DNA of 64,000 nt. It comes from Sphagnum compactum. Lineage: Eukaryota. The position numbers and the translations under genes were made by a program. How positions within the stretch are numbered: the first letter of the stretch is position 1; each line of letters starts with the position of its first letter. Location of the stretch: contig OZ234494.1 in assembly GCA_965153455.1 (NCBI GenBank), positions 8,804,001-8,868,000 on the forward strand, written 5' to 3'. Shown here piece after piece: positions 1-11,888 of the stretch. The notes under the pieces are model-generated. The model was not told where the DNA came from. It saw only the letters and a list, made by a program, of their open reading frames with translations, and searched no databases.

Positions 1-2492
1 AGTAGAAGAAGAAGAAGACTGAAGAAGCCTGAAGAAGAAGAAGATCATCAGCATCATATATAATTACTAGATCACCAGATGAACTGAAAATTATTCCGCT
101 CCCCCATATCATTAATTACATAGAAATGGCTGCTGAATGAAATTGGTTTTGCTGCAAATTAAATTATTTTTGCTTGGACCTAGCATGCTTCACAACTTCT
201 AAGAGTTTTTTCCAAAGTCTTTGCCATAACAACACACTGTGGATTCTGGAAGAGCGGCTACGAGCTGATGCCGGCCATGACGTTGGCTCAGCGAATTGAA
301 CATGACCTGAAGAACAATGGGGGGGAGTACGTGATTCGCAACAACGGGCCAGGCAAGAAGTCGGGTGTTTGGGAAGCGTTCGGCATCATCTACGATCGTA
401 GCAACGTAAAGCTAGATTATGCTGCTTGCAAGTCCTGCAACAAAGTTTATACCTTCAAAACCAGTACCGGCACGGCTACGATCTCAAAGCACAAATGTCC
501 TGTTCCCGCCTCCGAGGTAGCCGCCGCGAAGGTGTTCTTTAAGAAGCACATCGTCACAAAGCAAGAAAAAGAGACGATGACGGCAGCGGCGGCCGACTAC
601 TGCGTGACCGACATGCGCCCGTTCGAGTCTCTGAGCGGGTTGGGCCTCAAGGCGCTCATCCAGACGGCGCTTGACATCGGATCGAGCAGCACTGGCCGAA
701 TCACAATCGACGAGCTGCTCGCCAACCCGACGACGGTCAGTCGTAACGTCGATTCACATGCTCGGAACGGCCGCGAGAAGCTCACCCTCGTTCTCAAGAA
801 GCACTTCGACTCGGGCTTGAACGTGGCATGTACTCTCGACTTGTGGACGGACACGGTCAAGAAGAACTCGTACATGTCCATCACCATTCATTACATCGAT
901 GAGATGTTCAATCTGTACGCCCGCACGCTGCACGTAAAGCCTGTTGAGGAAGCCAGCCACACGGCGGAGATGGTCCTGGAGGAGTTCAGTAAAGGTCTGG
1001 CCGTGTTCAAGGTAATGGTGGACATGTACCAGCAGATCATCGTGGTCTCGGATAGCGATTCGAACTGCTGTGGCGCTAATGGCATCCCGTCGGCTTTCTA
1101 CTGGCTTGCCTGCCTCGATCACAAGCTGGCGACTGTGCTGACGACTGTCGTGAACAAGATGACCAAGATGGAGAATGGCGTCAGGAACAAACCGTTCTAC
1201 TGGTACAAGGACGTCCAGCACATGCTGCCGCTGTTCATGCTGATCGACACGTGCAAGAAGCTGGTTGAGTACTGCAAGCGCGCGAACCTGCAGAGCCAGC
1301 TCAGCAAGACGCTCAAGCAGGAGAACGCAACTCGATGGAACTCGCTGCTCCGCTGCCTTCTAAGCATCGAGGAAATGTACGACGAGCTCGTGTCGCTCCT
1401 GCAAATGAAGGACAAGCTGAGCAAGCTCAATGACATTTCGCGGGCACTCCTCAAGGAACTGATCGCTTTCCTTGCCCCCTTCCAGCAGGCGACGCTGGCG
1501 CTCGAGAAGTTCAAGCACCCGACTCTTCACAAGATCGTGTGGTGGCGCCATGTGATCCTGGGTCACCCTCGGCTGGTCCTGAACGATGTGGTGGACGAGG
1601 ATGGCAACGTGATGACGGCCAAAGACTCCGACTCGATCAAGGCAATCAAGGGCATCATGCTGCCGTTCTTGTACAGCAAGTTCGTCCTTGATGATATCCA
1701 CGTCATGGCGTCGTTGCTAGATCCAATCATGAAGTCTCGTCTTGTCCGCCTTGGTGTTGAGCGCAACCAGATCGAGCAGGCCAAGGATAAGCTCAAGGAT
1801 GCGATGATCAAGTACGCGCCCTTGGACGACGAAGAAGAAGACGTTCCGCCTGCTCGATCACCGATCAGGAAGAAGGCGCGCTCGTCAGTTTCGATGCACA
1901 ATCAGATGCTCGACGACGACGATGAGGAAGACAACGTCCCTCCTGCTGAAGGTCACGATGCCGCCGCCGCCCTCAACGCAAGAGTCGACAACGAGTACGA
2001 GGCGTACATGAAGCACAAGGTCACCGATGGAGAGATGAGGTAGTGCGCTGACGGTGACGTTAGCGGTGAATTCCACGTTCTGTCGTGGTGGAGGTGCAAG
2101 GGCAAGGACCTGTTCCCAATACTGGCGCGAGTCGTGCGGTCCACCCTGTGCATCCCGGCATCCAGCGCCATGTCCGAGAACAACTTCTCGGACGCCGGCA
2201 ACACCCTGACCAAGAAGCGCAATCGACTGAAGCCCGAACGATAAACAACCTCATGTTCCTGCACTCTAATCGTGACATTTGTATGTAACTGTTTACAATA
2301 AATCATTGGCATGTCCCTCCTTTTAAAAACACTTCAAAATACTCTTAAGTAGCTTTATTTTGGTGATGGACTGATGGGTATGAGTTGGGTGGGTAATGGG
2401 TATGGACAAGGTGCCATGGGTGGGTACAGTTGACTCACGCGCAGCTGTGGGTCGGGTATGGGTACAGTTGTCAAGCCCAATGCAGGACTCTG
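1..2492 (+). mobile_element. hobo/Hermes-like hAT DNA transposon (left end outside the window)
   Basis: The right end TGCAGGACTCTG (2481-2492) is the reverse complement of CAGAGTCCTGCA. GGGTA/TGGGT-rich subterminal repeats lie at 2375-2465. The next 8 bp, ATACTTAC, fit the nTnnnnAn hAT target pattern. Confidence 0.8.
268..2288 (+). pseudogene. hAT (hobo/Hermes-like) transposase, inactivated by an in-frame TAG (2041-2043) and a frameshift near 2236
   Basis: The 591-aa ORF has a BED-like finger (VWEAF...CKSC...HKC), DLWTD, VSDSDSN, CLDH and TRWNS motifs. Reading through the TAG gives CADGDVSGEFHVLSWWRCKGKDLFPILARVVRSTLCIPASSAMSENNFSDAGNTLTKKRNRLKP, the hAT C-terminal domain with the catalytic Glu. 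After a one-base shift it continues TINNLMFLHSNRDICM*. Confidence 0.93.
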
Positions 2493-2589
2493 ATACTTAC
2501 CCAACACAGGAGATATCATCCATCAACTGTACCACCATATGTAGCCAGCCAAACAAAACAGATGACAAGGTGACAATTGTCAGTGGTCT

Positions 2590-2730
2590 TTCTTTGTCAA
2601 TTTAGTGATGCAGCCAAAGTGATGATCATCCATAGGAGGAAGATTTAGCAAAATTTGGTTATAAACAAGATATGCAAGTAAAAAAAAGTTAAATTTCTAT
2701 AATTTTTGGCTACCTGCTGGAACCACATGT
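2590..2730 (-). repeat. Dispersed repeat fragment (GATGATCGCCACTTTGGCTACAT-type family)
   Basis: Reverse-complement similarity to 49130-49300 (GCAGCCAAAGTGATGATCATCCATAGG and GATTTAGCAAAATTTGG blocks) and to about 29890-29950. Confidence 0.6.
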
Positions 2731-3479
2731 ACAAATGTACCACGTTGGGTCTAGTTATAGCTAACCAACCATATTGGTGGTTAGCTCAGTTTTTACTACC
2801 TACCTACTTTCATTCTGGAATCACTTACCTGTGTACAAAGCAGTGTTGTGTGGTTCTTTGAACTTCATAGAACTGGCAGTTCTGGATAGTTAACTTTGAA
2901 AAAGTTTCATAATCAGCCGGTTCAGGTTCTTTCATTTCATTTCATTTTAAGGAACCAGCTGGTTCCCGTTCCTTTTTATTTCTGGATTTTAAGGAACCGG
3001 CCAGTTTCAGTGGTTTGGAATATGGGATGGCCAGTCTATATGCTAGGTTTTGGTCAAAACCTGGCCAGGTACTTGAAGCGGTTCCCACGAAAAACCCATG
3101 ATCTGGTTGTAATCGGTTCATTGTTAAGTTTCAGCCCATGGGTATTTAAGTTGGATTTTTGAATTGAACAGACCAGTTACAGGAACCAGTTCTTAGGCGA
3201 AGATCCTGTCCAGCTCACTTCTTCCGTTATCAAACTAACCAAGGCTGATTCTTTAAGTTGGCAAGATAAGTATTTCAATTTTCCTCTGATAATCCATTGA
3301 CAACTTACACTACCTTTGAAATCAAGCATGTCATAATGAACAGGTTTATGGACAAAAACCAGCCATGGAGAAAAATCACAAATCCAAAATAGTAAGCTAA
3401 GGAATGAGCAAGATTAAAAAAAACTTAGATTTGCCACCATTTTGATGAAGGGAGGCACATCTATAAAAATGAATACCAA

Positions 3480-4540
3480 AAAGTGTTGTTAGAAAGATAT
3501 GGGAATTCTTCCCACCCAATGTCATTTGAAATTATTCATCAAGTTTTTTTGTCAACTCCAATTCTACCTCACATGCAACAATCAAAAGGCTTAAAACACC
3601 CAACCCTTGGGTCATTCAATCAATTTTTGTTGAAAAAAATGAGTCAATTAAAATGGTCAGTTTGCAACCTACATTTCTAGAATGTGGTGAGGACTCCAAC
3701 AATTGAGAATATTCACTCCATCTCAATTTGGCTCATCTGAATCCCAAGGATTTATTGTGCCAACACAGGTAAGGTTGAAAACTTGTGTTTTTCTTCGCAC
3801 CACCAAAAATAACACATTTTTACAACTATCTACATCAACATTGTATCATCAAAATGTGTCAAGCTCCTATGCCACAAGGTGGGCAAGCATTTTTAAATTG
3901 TTTCCTATGGTCTAGAATAAATTTTCATTCTCAAAATTAGAATGCTACATTTGAACCTCTTCATCACATACAAAAGGCATCAACATTTTGTAACATTAAA
4001 TCAACAAAGGTGGCAACAACTACTCATCATATTGAGTAGCCAATGCAAAAACAACTTCATGCTTTTTAGAATTGGTCACCAACCACAAACTCTTAAACCT
4101 TTCATCCAACATAGAGCTATCATATTGTGATCCCTTTTTCTTATCAAAGACATGCAAATAATGAAAGGTTGTAGAACTTCCAACACTTAGTGCTTCATCC
4201 AAATTGAAAGTTTTATTAATTTTGTATCAAAGACATTTACCTTTGGGTCACATGTGATCAAGGACAATCACATTAACAATCTCATCATGAAATTCATAGG
4301 TCTTGGTGATGACAAAATTAAGTGCATCCCCAAGCAACCAATGCCCACCACTCTAATCAACACACATGCGGTCACAATGGGTGAAATTATTTTGACCACA
4401 ATTTGCAATTAACACAAGTTCTTGGGATAAAAGACAACTCTGCAAAACCACCAATTGATGACTATTACATAGTGCAATTACAATCAAATATATCAATGCA
4501 TCTTGGAACAATAAAACACAATTTGTAAACATATAATCAA
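3480..4540 (-). pseudogene. Decayed hAT transposase, C-terminal part
   Basis: Minus-strand fragments with stops and frameshifts: SGGHWLLGDAL, MLDERFKSLWLV, WWCEEKHKFSTLPVLAQ*ILGIQMSQIEME*IFSIVGVLTTF*KCRLQ...NDPRVGC (hAT C-terminal dimerisation region). Confidence 0.8.
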
Positions 4541-4789
4541 TAACAAATAAATAGTTTGTAAACAAATAGGTGCATAAGGCAGGGACATGGATGTGCAACT
4601 ACCCATTAAATTCAAGCATCAAATAAATTCACCTTTGTAAAAAAATTCCAATCATAGGAAAAAATCAACTAGTGACTTCCACCATTAATTGCAAAAGTTA
4701 TAAACTTTTCAAGGGTTGGATCATATACCTAAGTTGCCAAACACCTGCCACCTTAACACCTGATAATGATTTCCCAAAGTTGCATATTA

Positions 4790-5600
4790 CATATCATAGT
4801 AGAGTTGAAATCACCCATCAAAGAGCTCAAATTACCTATGTACAACCCACCACATAGTTCAAATCAACTCAAATCACCCACACAAAGTTCAAATCAGTTG
4901 AAATCAGCCATGTATAAGCCACCACAAAGTTCAATTAAGCTTAAATCAACCACACAAAGATCAAATTATATAAAATCAGCATGTGTAAGCCACCACACAG
5001 CCCAATTAAGCTCAAATTAGTGACCACAAAGTTCAAATCAATTCAAATCAGCCACCATAAAGTTCACTTCAACCCAGATTAGCCACACAATGTTCAATTC
5101 ACCCCAAATCAATCATTTAAAAGATCCAAAGAGCTCAAATCACACACCACTGAACTCAATTCAACCCAAATCGGCCACAAAAAATTGAATTCAAGTCTAA
5201 TCAGCCATGTAAAAAATCCAAAAGCTCAAATTAGTCATCATTAAGCTCAATTCAGCCCGTCAACCAAAAAATAAATTAATTCACTTCAAATCAGCCATCA
5301 TTGAGTTCAATTCAGCCCAAATTAGCCACAAAGAACTCAATTCAACTCAAATCAACCATGTAAAAGTCCAAAACGCTCTAATAAGCCACCATTTAGCTCA
5401 TTCCAACCCCAAATTACACACTAAAAATTCAATTCAACTCAAATCAACCATGTAAAAAATCGAAAGAGCTAAAATCAACAAGCATGGATCTTAATTCAGT
5501 CTAAATCAAATAAAAAAACTCAATTCAACTCAAATCAATCATGTAGAAAATCCAAAATACTCAAATGAACCATCACAAAGTTCAATCCAACATAAATTAG
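4790..5600. repeat. Degenerate minisatellite, about 30-40 bp units (AAGTTCAATTCAACTCAAATCAGCCAC-like)
   Basis: Many imperfect copies of CTCAATTCAACTCAAATCA(A/G)CCA across about 800 bp. Confidence 0.75.
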
Positions 5601-5749
5601 CAACTACAAAAGTTGCATGAAAAGAAATTAATGATGAAAAATCATGGGGAAACTAACCATGGAAACACCATGGAACAAATTTCAACAATGAACAAAACCA
5701 ACCATTGAAAAAACTAGCCATGGAAAGAAACTAACTATGGAAAAATCTA

Positions 5750-6410
5750 GAAATGATCAAAGTGGAGCTTCCCTTTACACCTCAAACTAATATTAATTTG
5801 CCTTTCATAATTGCGGACCTAAATGGTATTATGGTGTTGAGCACCTAAATGTGATGCTCACACAACCTTGGTATGAGCAATTGGTCCATCACCTTGTAAA
5901 CTCACAAAGCAATCCAAAGGATATTGGTATTGAAGGCGGAGTTCTATAAGGTGATGTTAAGGACATTACTATCCCCACCAAAAAGAGTCAGGTGTTTTGA
6001 ACAACATTGATGGGTAAACCAAGGGTGGTGTGAAGTGTGAAGATATTTCAAAGAGATTGAAAGATGGCAACTAACAACAAAACCCTTGGGTAGAAAATGC
6101 CTCAAGGATGATAGGAAATGACAACTAACAATAAAATCCTTTGGGTAGTTTGATCTTATACATATCTCATATCCCCCATCACCTCATAGAGTCCTCCAAA
6201 TTGAAGTTACTTTTGACATTGATGCTAATAGTATTGTAAATGTCTATACTTGTGATAAGGCATCTAGGGAGGAACAAGCTATCACAATCCAATCATCATG
6301 AAGTTTGGTTAGAAGCAAACATCTTAAATATGGAACGAAATGTTGAACTTCATTCCTGAAAATATGTAAAGTGGAAATATGCAATTGATGTGAAAAATGA
6401 AATTGACATC
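5750..6410 (+). pseudogene. HSP70: Decayed mitochondrial/DnaK-type HSP70 gene fragment
   Basis: Translated blocks in HSP70 order: [100 protein letters not shown]. Stops, frameshifts and internal deletions are present. Confidence 0.88.
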
Positions 6411-6589
6411 AAACATCATGTTATATTTAATTGAGAAGAGTTTGATTGAACATAATGAAAGACTACCCTTCGATGTCATTGATATCTAATGTTAGATGAA
6501 AAATAATGATATTGGATCACAAATCAATGATGTAAAAAAATAATAATAATCATTGAAAAAAAAAATCAAGCATAGAAATGCACCTAAAT

Positions 6590-7535
6590 AGAAAAATTCA
6601 CAAGGTTGCGGAGGTGCAACTTTGTACCCATGGAAAGTCACCTAGAAAATCAAAAGATTAACAATGCTAAATAGTCACAAAATACTTTTGAATTTTTTTT
6701 TTAAAAAACATGGAAAAAAACTTGGATAAATAAATTCATAAGGATGTGGACGTGCAACATTGTACCCACGGCAAGCCACCCAAAGAATTTTACAAGATCA
6801 ACCGGGTTATTCACGATTGGGGTTCCAAAAAAAGGAAAAATGATTTTAGACTTGTGGGGCTACTTTTTGCAGATAACATTTACATGAAAAAAATTGAATA
6901 GTTCAATTTAAGATAATTCATGTGATGGTGGTGAGTTTTCACATTCATACATAATTATATAACAATATTTTGGTTTATAGCTAGAAACGAAAAAAATCCC
7001 AAAAACTCCCAAAATGAGTTTCAATGGACAACCAAACATGTTTTTTAGCAAGATTATTTCTTGCACATTTGACTTGCACCTAAAGCTAAACATTTGAACA
7101 TAATTTTTTTGTCAAATGGTTTAAAAACAAATCTTTTGCTTTACAACCCTTTGTACAATTGAGTTTTTCATCAAGTTCATCCAATGAACATGTACTTTCA
7201 TAGAAAGGGGCATTTTTTGTTGTACAAAATATTTGAACACCCAAAAACAAACAAGATTAGTTGTGTAAATAATCCAAACACCCTTGAAAAAACAAAAATT
7301 GACCATTACAAAGAACTTGCACGATAAAATCCACAAGGGTCTGGAGGTGGAACCTTGTACCCATGATAAGCCACCAAAAAAATCACAAGATCAACCATAA
7401 ATAAATCACAAACACTCGTAAGAAAAAAACCCAACCATGAAAAATACCTTCAACAACAAAATCCACAAAGATATGGAGGCATAGCCTATTGCTCATGGCA
7501 AGCCACCCAAAAAATCACAAGATCAACCATGTAAA
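6590..7535 (+). repeat. Four copies of a ~75-bp repeat arranged as two pairs
   Basis: AAAT(T/C)CACAAGG..GGAGGTGCAAC.TTGTACCCATGG.AAGCCACC..AAAATCACAAGATCAACC at about 6594, 6732, 7326 and 7458. Confidence 0.7.
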
Positions 7536-7589
7536 AAATCAAACACCTTTGGGAAAAAAAAATCAACCACTATTACCTACTTTTTTATA

Positions 7590-8640
7590 AACAACAGTTT
7601 CAATTGCCTTGTTTCTTCCCATGTTTGCTTCCCCTTGCCAAAAAAATTCAGCCATATGATACATTTTTGGATGTTACTTTGAGCAAATGTAATTGATGCA
7701 TAATGTAATTTGCATGACTATAACCAAAGTCATCAAATGGTTCAACCATGTCAAGGTCACCACATAACACAATTGAATTAAAAGTCATTGCACAAGTTTG
7801 CAAATTGGAGCCTTTGTTCTTGATATAGGCCACAATCTTTTATGTGAACCCAATTTGTTAAGGATCTCTTTCATAGCCATGGTAGCCCCGTTCATATAAT
7901 GGACCTCAAACAACCCAACAATGACATGTTTGGGCTCCCACCTAATGGAAACAAAAAAAAAACGACCATTGCAAAAACATTACAAGCCTTTTTTGACATC
8001 CAAAGATTGAAAATGCATGTGGCTAACAAACATTTAACGAAAGTAGATTGCACATATGTTGTCGAGGTCTTTTTCGCCAATGTAGGAAGAACTCTTTAGT
8101 AAAAGCTTTCATGCATAGGAAGTTTACCCTAGGGCATAATTGGAAAACCAATCTATTGAACCAAACACTTTCAATAGTCCTTAGTGACAAAAAAACCTTT
8201 GGTGGAAAAGAACATGATATCCTCCAAGAAACCGTTCTATATCTCATGGTCTTTTGCAAATGGATTTGAAGAGGAAAAAATCCGGAGATGATATTGAGGT
8301 TACAGTTTGTTGTTTAGTAATTGGTTTTCAATTAAGAGAAGTTCAAGGATGAACATGTATGTCCTCTAAATATTTTTAATGTAAATCAACATACTTTTGT
8401 TCCATGTTTCTTCATGGCTGATATGCCATTAGCTTTATGGTAAACAATGAAACCTTTACAACATCTTATGTGTAAAGCTAGAATCTTGAAGCCAATTGTG
8501 ACAAACAATGCAATGCATAACTTGACTATATTGCAAACAAACAAGTTTATTGTTGTTCACTTTAAAAAATGCTCAAATGATTGCTCTTTGGTGAGGTTTC
8601 CAAAACTTTTGTTGTTGCTTCAAATTTTTTAATAACATTG
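7590..8640 (-). pseudogene. Decayed hAT transposase, N-terminal and catalytic part (partner of 3480-4540)
   Basis: Minus-strand fragments: FWKPHQRAII*AFFKVNNNK...VMHCIVCH (finger-like), TIESVWFNRLVFQLCPRVNF, IFNLWMSK (DLW-type), AYIKNKGSNL (KDEGSN-type), AQSNIQKCIIW..FGKGKQTW. Confidence 0.78.
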
Positions 8641-10848
8641 CTTCCACTATAAGATTCGCAACATTAGTATTAGATGGGGCCTCTCGCTCTAGAACATTCA
8701 TGATGCTCAAGCTACTATTTTATCTTACAATCACCCAACAACAACACAAGCATTATACTTGGCTTGCACCCTAGCACTATTAGTTTGTGCACATGAAATT
8801 TCCATGGTAATTGTAGCAATGACAAGGAATGAGACTAGATGGCCACAAAGAGAAAAGCAATTGAAACATGTAATCAAAAATCAAAAGAAGTGAACTTCAA
8901 CACAAGCCTACAACAACTTGCAACACATAACAAACCTTCAATTTTATAACAATATGTAGACAAAAGACAAACACACAACTTGATAAAAAGTTTTTAAATA
9001 TGAATAAGAAAAAAAGAAAAAGAATGTGCAACACAACAAAAGATTTTCTCACTTTTGTCAAACTTTGAATAGTATTCCCCATTCGTCATACATGAAAACT
9101 TTGTGAACACTCACCATCACAAAAAAAAGAGGGGGGCAAGAGATGTCCATCACGATGTCACATTCAAGTTTTTGGCAAAATTGTAGTGATGCATTCCTAC
9201 TTTCTCCATTACATTACAATTACAACATCACACTTGAGTAGCTTGAAGAACCCTACGTTTGTTTCCCAAAAACCTTTGATTCTTCAATTTTATTTGCTTC
9301 GATTTTTTGTCAAATAACCTCATCAACATTCTTCTATTTCAGCTTTGATCAAGTTGGTAATCTATCAAATAACCTCATCAATGTTCCGATTTTCAAGTTT
9401 TGATCAAGTCGCTGGAAAGAACCTTCATGATAGTCAGGTTTTGAAATGACAACAAGTTTCTCTCAAATATCCTCCACAATTTTGTGTGCCAATGAGGCAA
9501 GGGGGCAGATCTTTAGAAAGGCAAAATTGCCAAGTTGAGGGTGAGAGCGAGTGTAGTAGTGACAAAAATCGTCAATCAGGATCTAAGGGCGGGGTTCTCA
9601 CTATCTAGGAACTGCTGATGAGATGCCTATATATCCAGTGTGAAAACCAACAAAGAACTAAGGATCTTTGAAAGAACCGCCCAACACTGGTACAAACCAT
9701 CCACATGCATCCACTTAGTACTTAAGCAGCAGTCAGCTATCATCCAACCTACATACCTACAGGACCTATATCCTGTAAAAGGATAGATTATTGTGGTGAA
9801 ACCCAATCCAGTTGGGGTTCATCCCCAACTGACTCATAACAAGCTTGCAGTGGGTGGTGCACTGGTGGCTGTTGGTTCACTCTGGCCTTACAGAGCATGG
9901 ATGACACCTTATCTGGAATTATGCCACTTTCTTCTAAAATCCTCGTCTCCTCCTTCTTTTTCAGATCTCTGCACCAAAATCCATCTTGAAATTTTCCAGA
10001 GTATAGAACTGAAATTAAATATGTAAATTTTTTGAGAATAATATAATTGTATTGCCAAAATCCAAATTCTTGTTCACTGTTCTCTTTCCCATTCACATAT
10101 GTTCTCATCAAGCTTTACAATTAGCATGGCTAAGGGCATGTTTGATGCAACCACTAACAAGTCTAAGCTAACCAACATCCAACCCCTTTTGAATAGAGAT
10201 TTGTTCCATTTTCTTGGATTTTTCTCTTTTCCAAACACAACCATTTAAACCAATAAGTTCCTAAGCCCTTTCTACACCCATTTTATCTCTTTTCAAAGCC
10301 AAAGTTAGAAATTTGGATTTCACAAGGACAAAGCAATGTACTTGTAAATTATCTCTCACATTAATTTAAAATTTTCAAAGAAAAAGCCAGTTTGGCGTTC
10401 ATTTTAGAAAAGAAAAGTTTGCTGCAAAGGGATGAGGGGCAATCAAATCAAATATAAGAGGGGTCATCAAGCTAGTGAATTTCGCCAAATCTTTTTCTCC
10501 TCTTCCATGCAATAGTGTCATTGGTAAGTGTTGTGAAACTTGAAAGTAGAGAACCTTTAATATACCTGCTAGATCAGCTAAACAAAACATCTCCAAATAC
10601 CAAACACCAGGTAATGAATGTTATTTACTTATTCCCCTTCCACCCATACCACCTAGGCCCCCAAATGAATAATTCATTTGGACTGGATCCGGTTCCAAGT
10701 ATTCAGTACCCACAGCCAATATAGCATGTAGTGTGGTCTAATAAATGAACATACATTACCTTAATGTACCCAATTTGTGGTGTGATGACATGTCAACCAA
10801 GGTATTACAAATTATCATTGTTTCCATGCTCATTCTATTCAACCTGAC

Positions 10849-11535
10849 CCATGTTGGGCTGGTATATAGGTTGACCCCTAGTATCAATAATGGTATCAAA
10901 TAAAATATCAAATGTTCAGATATTGCCTCTATACCATTATACCTGTCAGACCAAATTTCAAATTTTTTTGTTGAAGATCATACCAATCTGGTATAAGATT
11001 TTTAATACCAATCTAATACTCAATACCAGGCATTCACACTCCTTTTTCCCCTAGTATCAATCCTTAAGCATCCTCTGGTATGCATACTCGTGAAAAATAC
11101 GATGGCTTTCTCATTGGCTATGGGTTTTTTTTCCTGCAAGCCAGTGGCTATGCTTCTTCTTCAATGTGCATTTTCTTTTTTGTGAGTCATCGCATTGTTT
11201 ACCTTTCAATGATAATGTGTTGCAGCTACCACAACCAAAGTTTGTGTATTTTAACGGCCGATCATGTTTATGGTTTTGTCAAAAATGCATCATCTATGGG
11301 GGCATTATTGATACCAGAGTTACTATATAATACATGCTGGCATCAGAGTTCATAAGATATCTGTTCATATCATTGCAAACCCATTTCACATCTTTAATTC
11401 TATATTATACCGTGCCATATCTATCATTTTTTTAAGTGCTTTGATACCATGATGCATATGGTATCAAAATTGTGGAAAACCCTATATACCAGTAACAGGC
11501 TGGTATCACAAAGTGGTGATACCAGCCCAACACTG
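10849..11535. mobile_element. hAT-type MITE
   Basis: TIRs CCATGTTGGGCTGGTAT and ATACCAGCCCAACACTG match at 15/17. TSD AACCTGAC (10841-10848) / ATCCTGAC (11536-11543). Internal GGTAT/ATACC subterminal motifs are present. Confidence 0.8.
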
Positions 11536-11867
11536 ATCCTGACCAAATATTGATATGTCACTAGGCCCTAGGCCCTATATTGTGTCACTATGTCCTAGAT
11601 GGAGTAGCCTTCCTCAAGAACATAGCTACTCAGACCTTTCAATGGTTTCTTGATTTTTTTAGATTGTTTTACCATTTCCTTTCCCCCATCGCAACTGCAT
11701 AAATGTCCTTCCTTGGCAGCTCCAAAGGCATTGTCTCTTTTGATGTGTTTTGTGTCTTGATGACAGCCTTGAAGGGGCAAAGGGGGAATCCGAGGCATGC
11801 AAGTGCCCAGATCAATATGAATGTGTATGTATGTACATTGTACATTGTACACACAACATCGTGTGTT

Positions 11868-11888
11868 TGTGTGTGTGTGTGTGTGTGT
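11868..11888. repeat. (TG)n microsatellite
   Basis: Direct reading of the sequence. Confidence 0.9.

Larger units (their letters stand above)
2841..9689. mobile_element. Composite hAT-type unit bounded by TIRs and an 8-bp TSD
   Basis: Left TIR CAGTGTTGTGTGGTTCTTT (2841-2859) matches the right end AAAGAACCGCCCAACACTG (9671-9689) at 17/19. Flanks are GTACAAAG (2833-2840) and GTACAAAC (9690-9697). Confidence 0.75.

Noticed and set aside
597..2312. Several antisense ORFs over the hAT transposase
   Set aside because: Expected shadows of a GC3-rich coding strand; no recognisable motifs.
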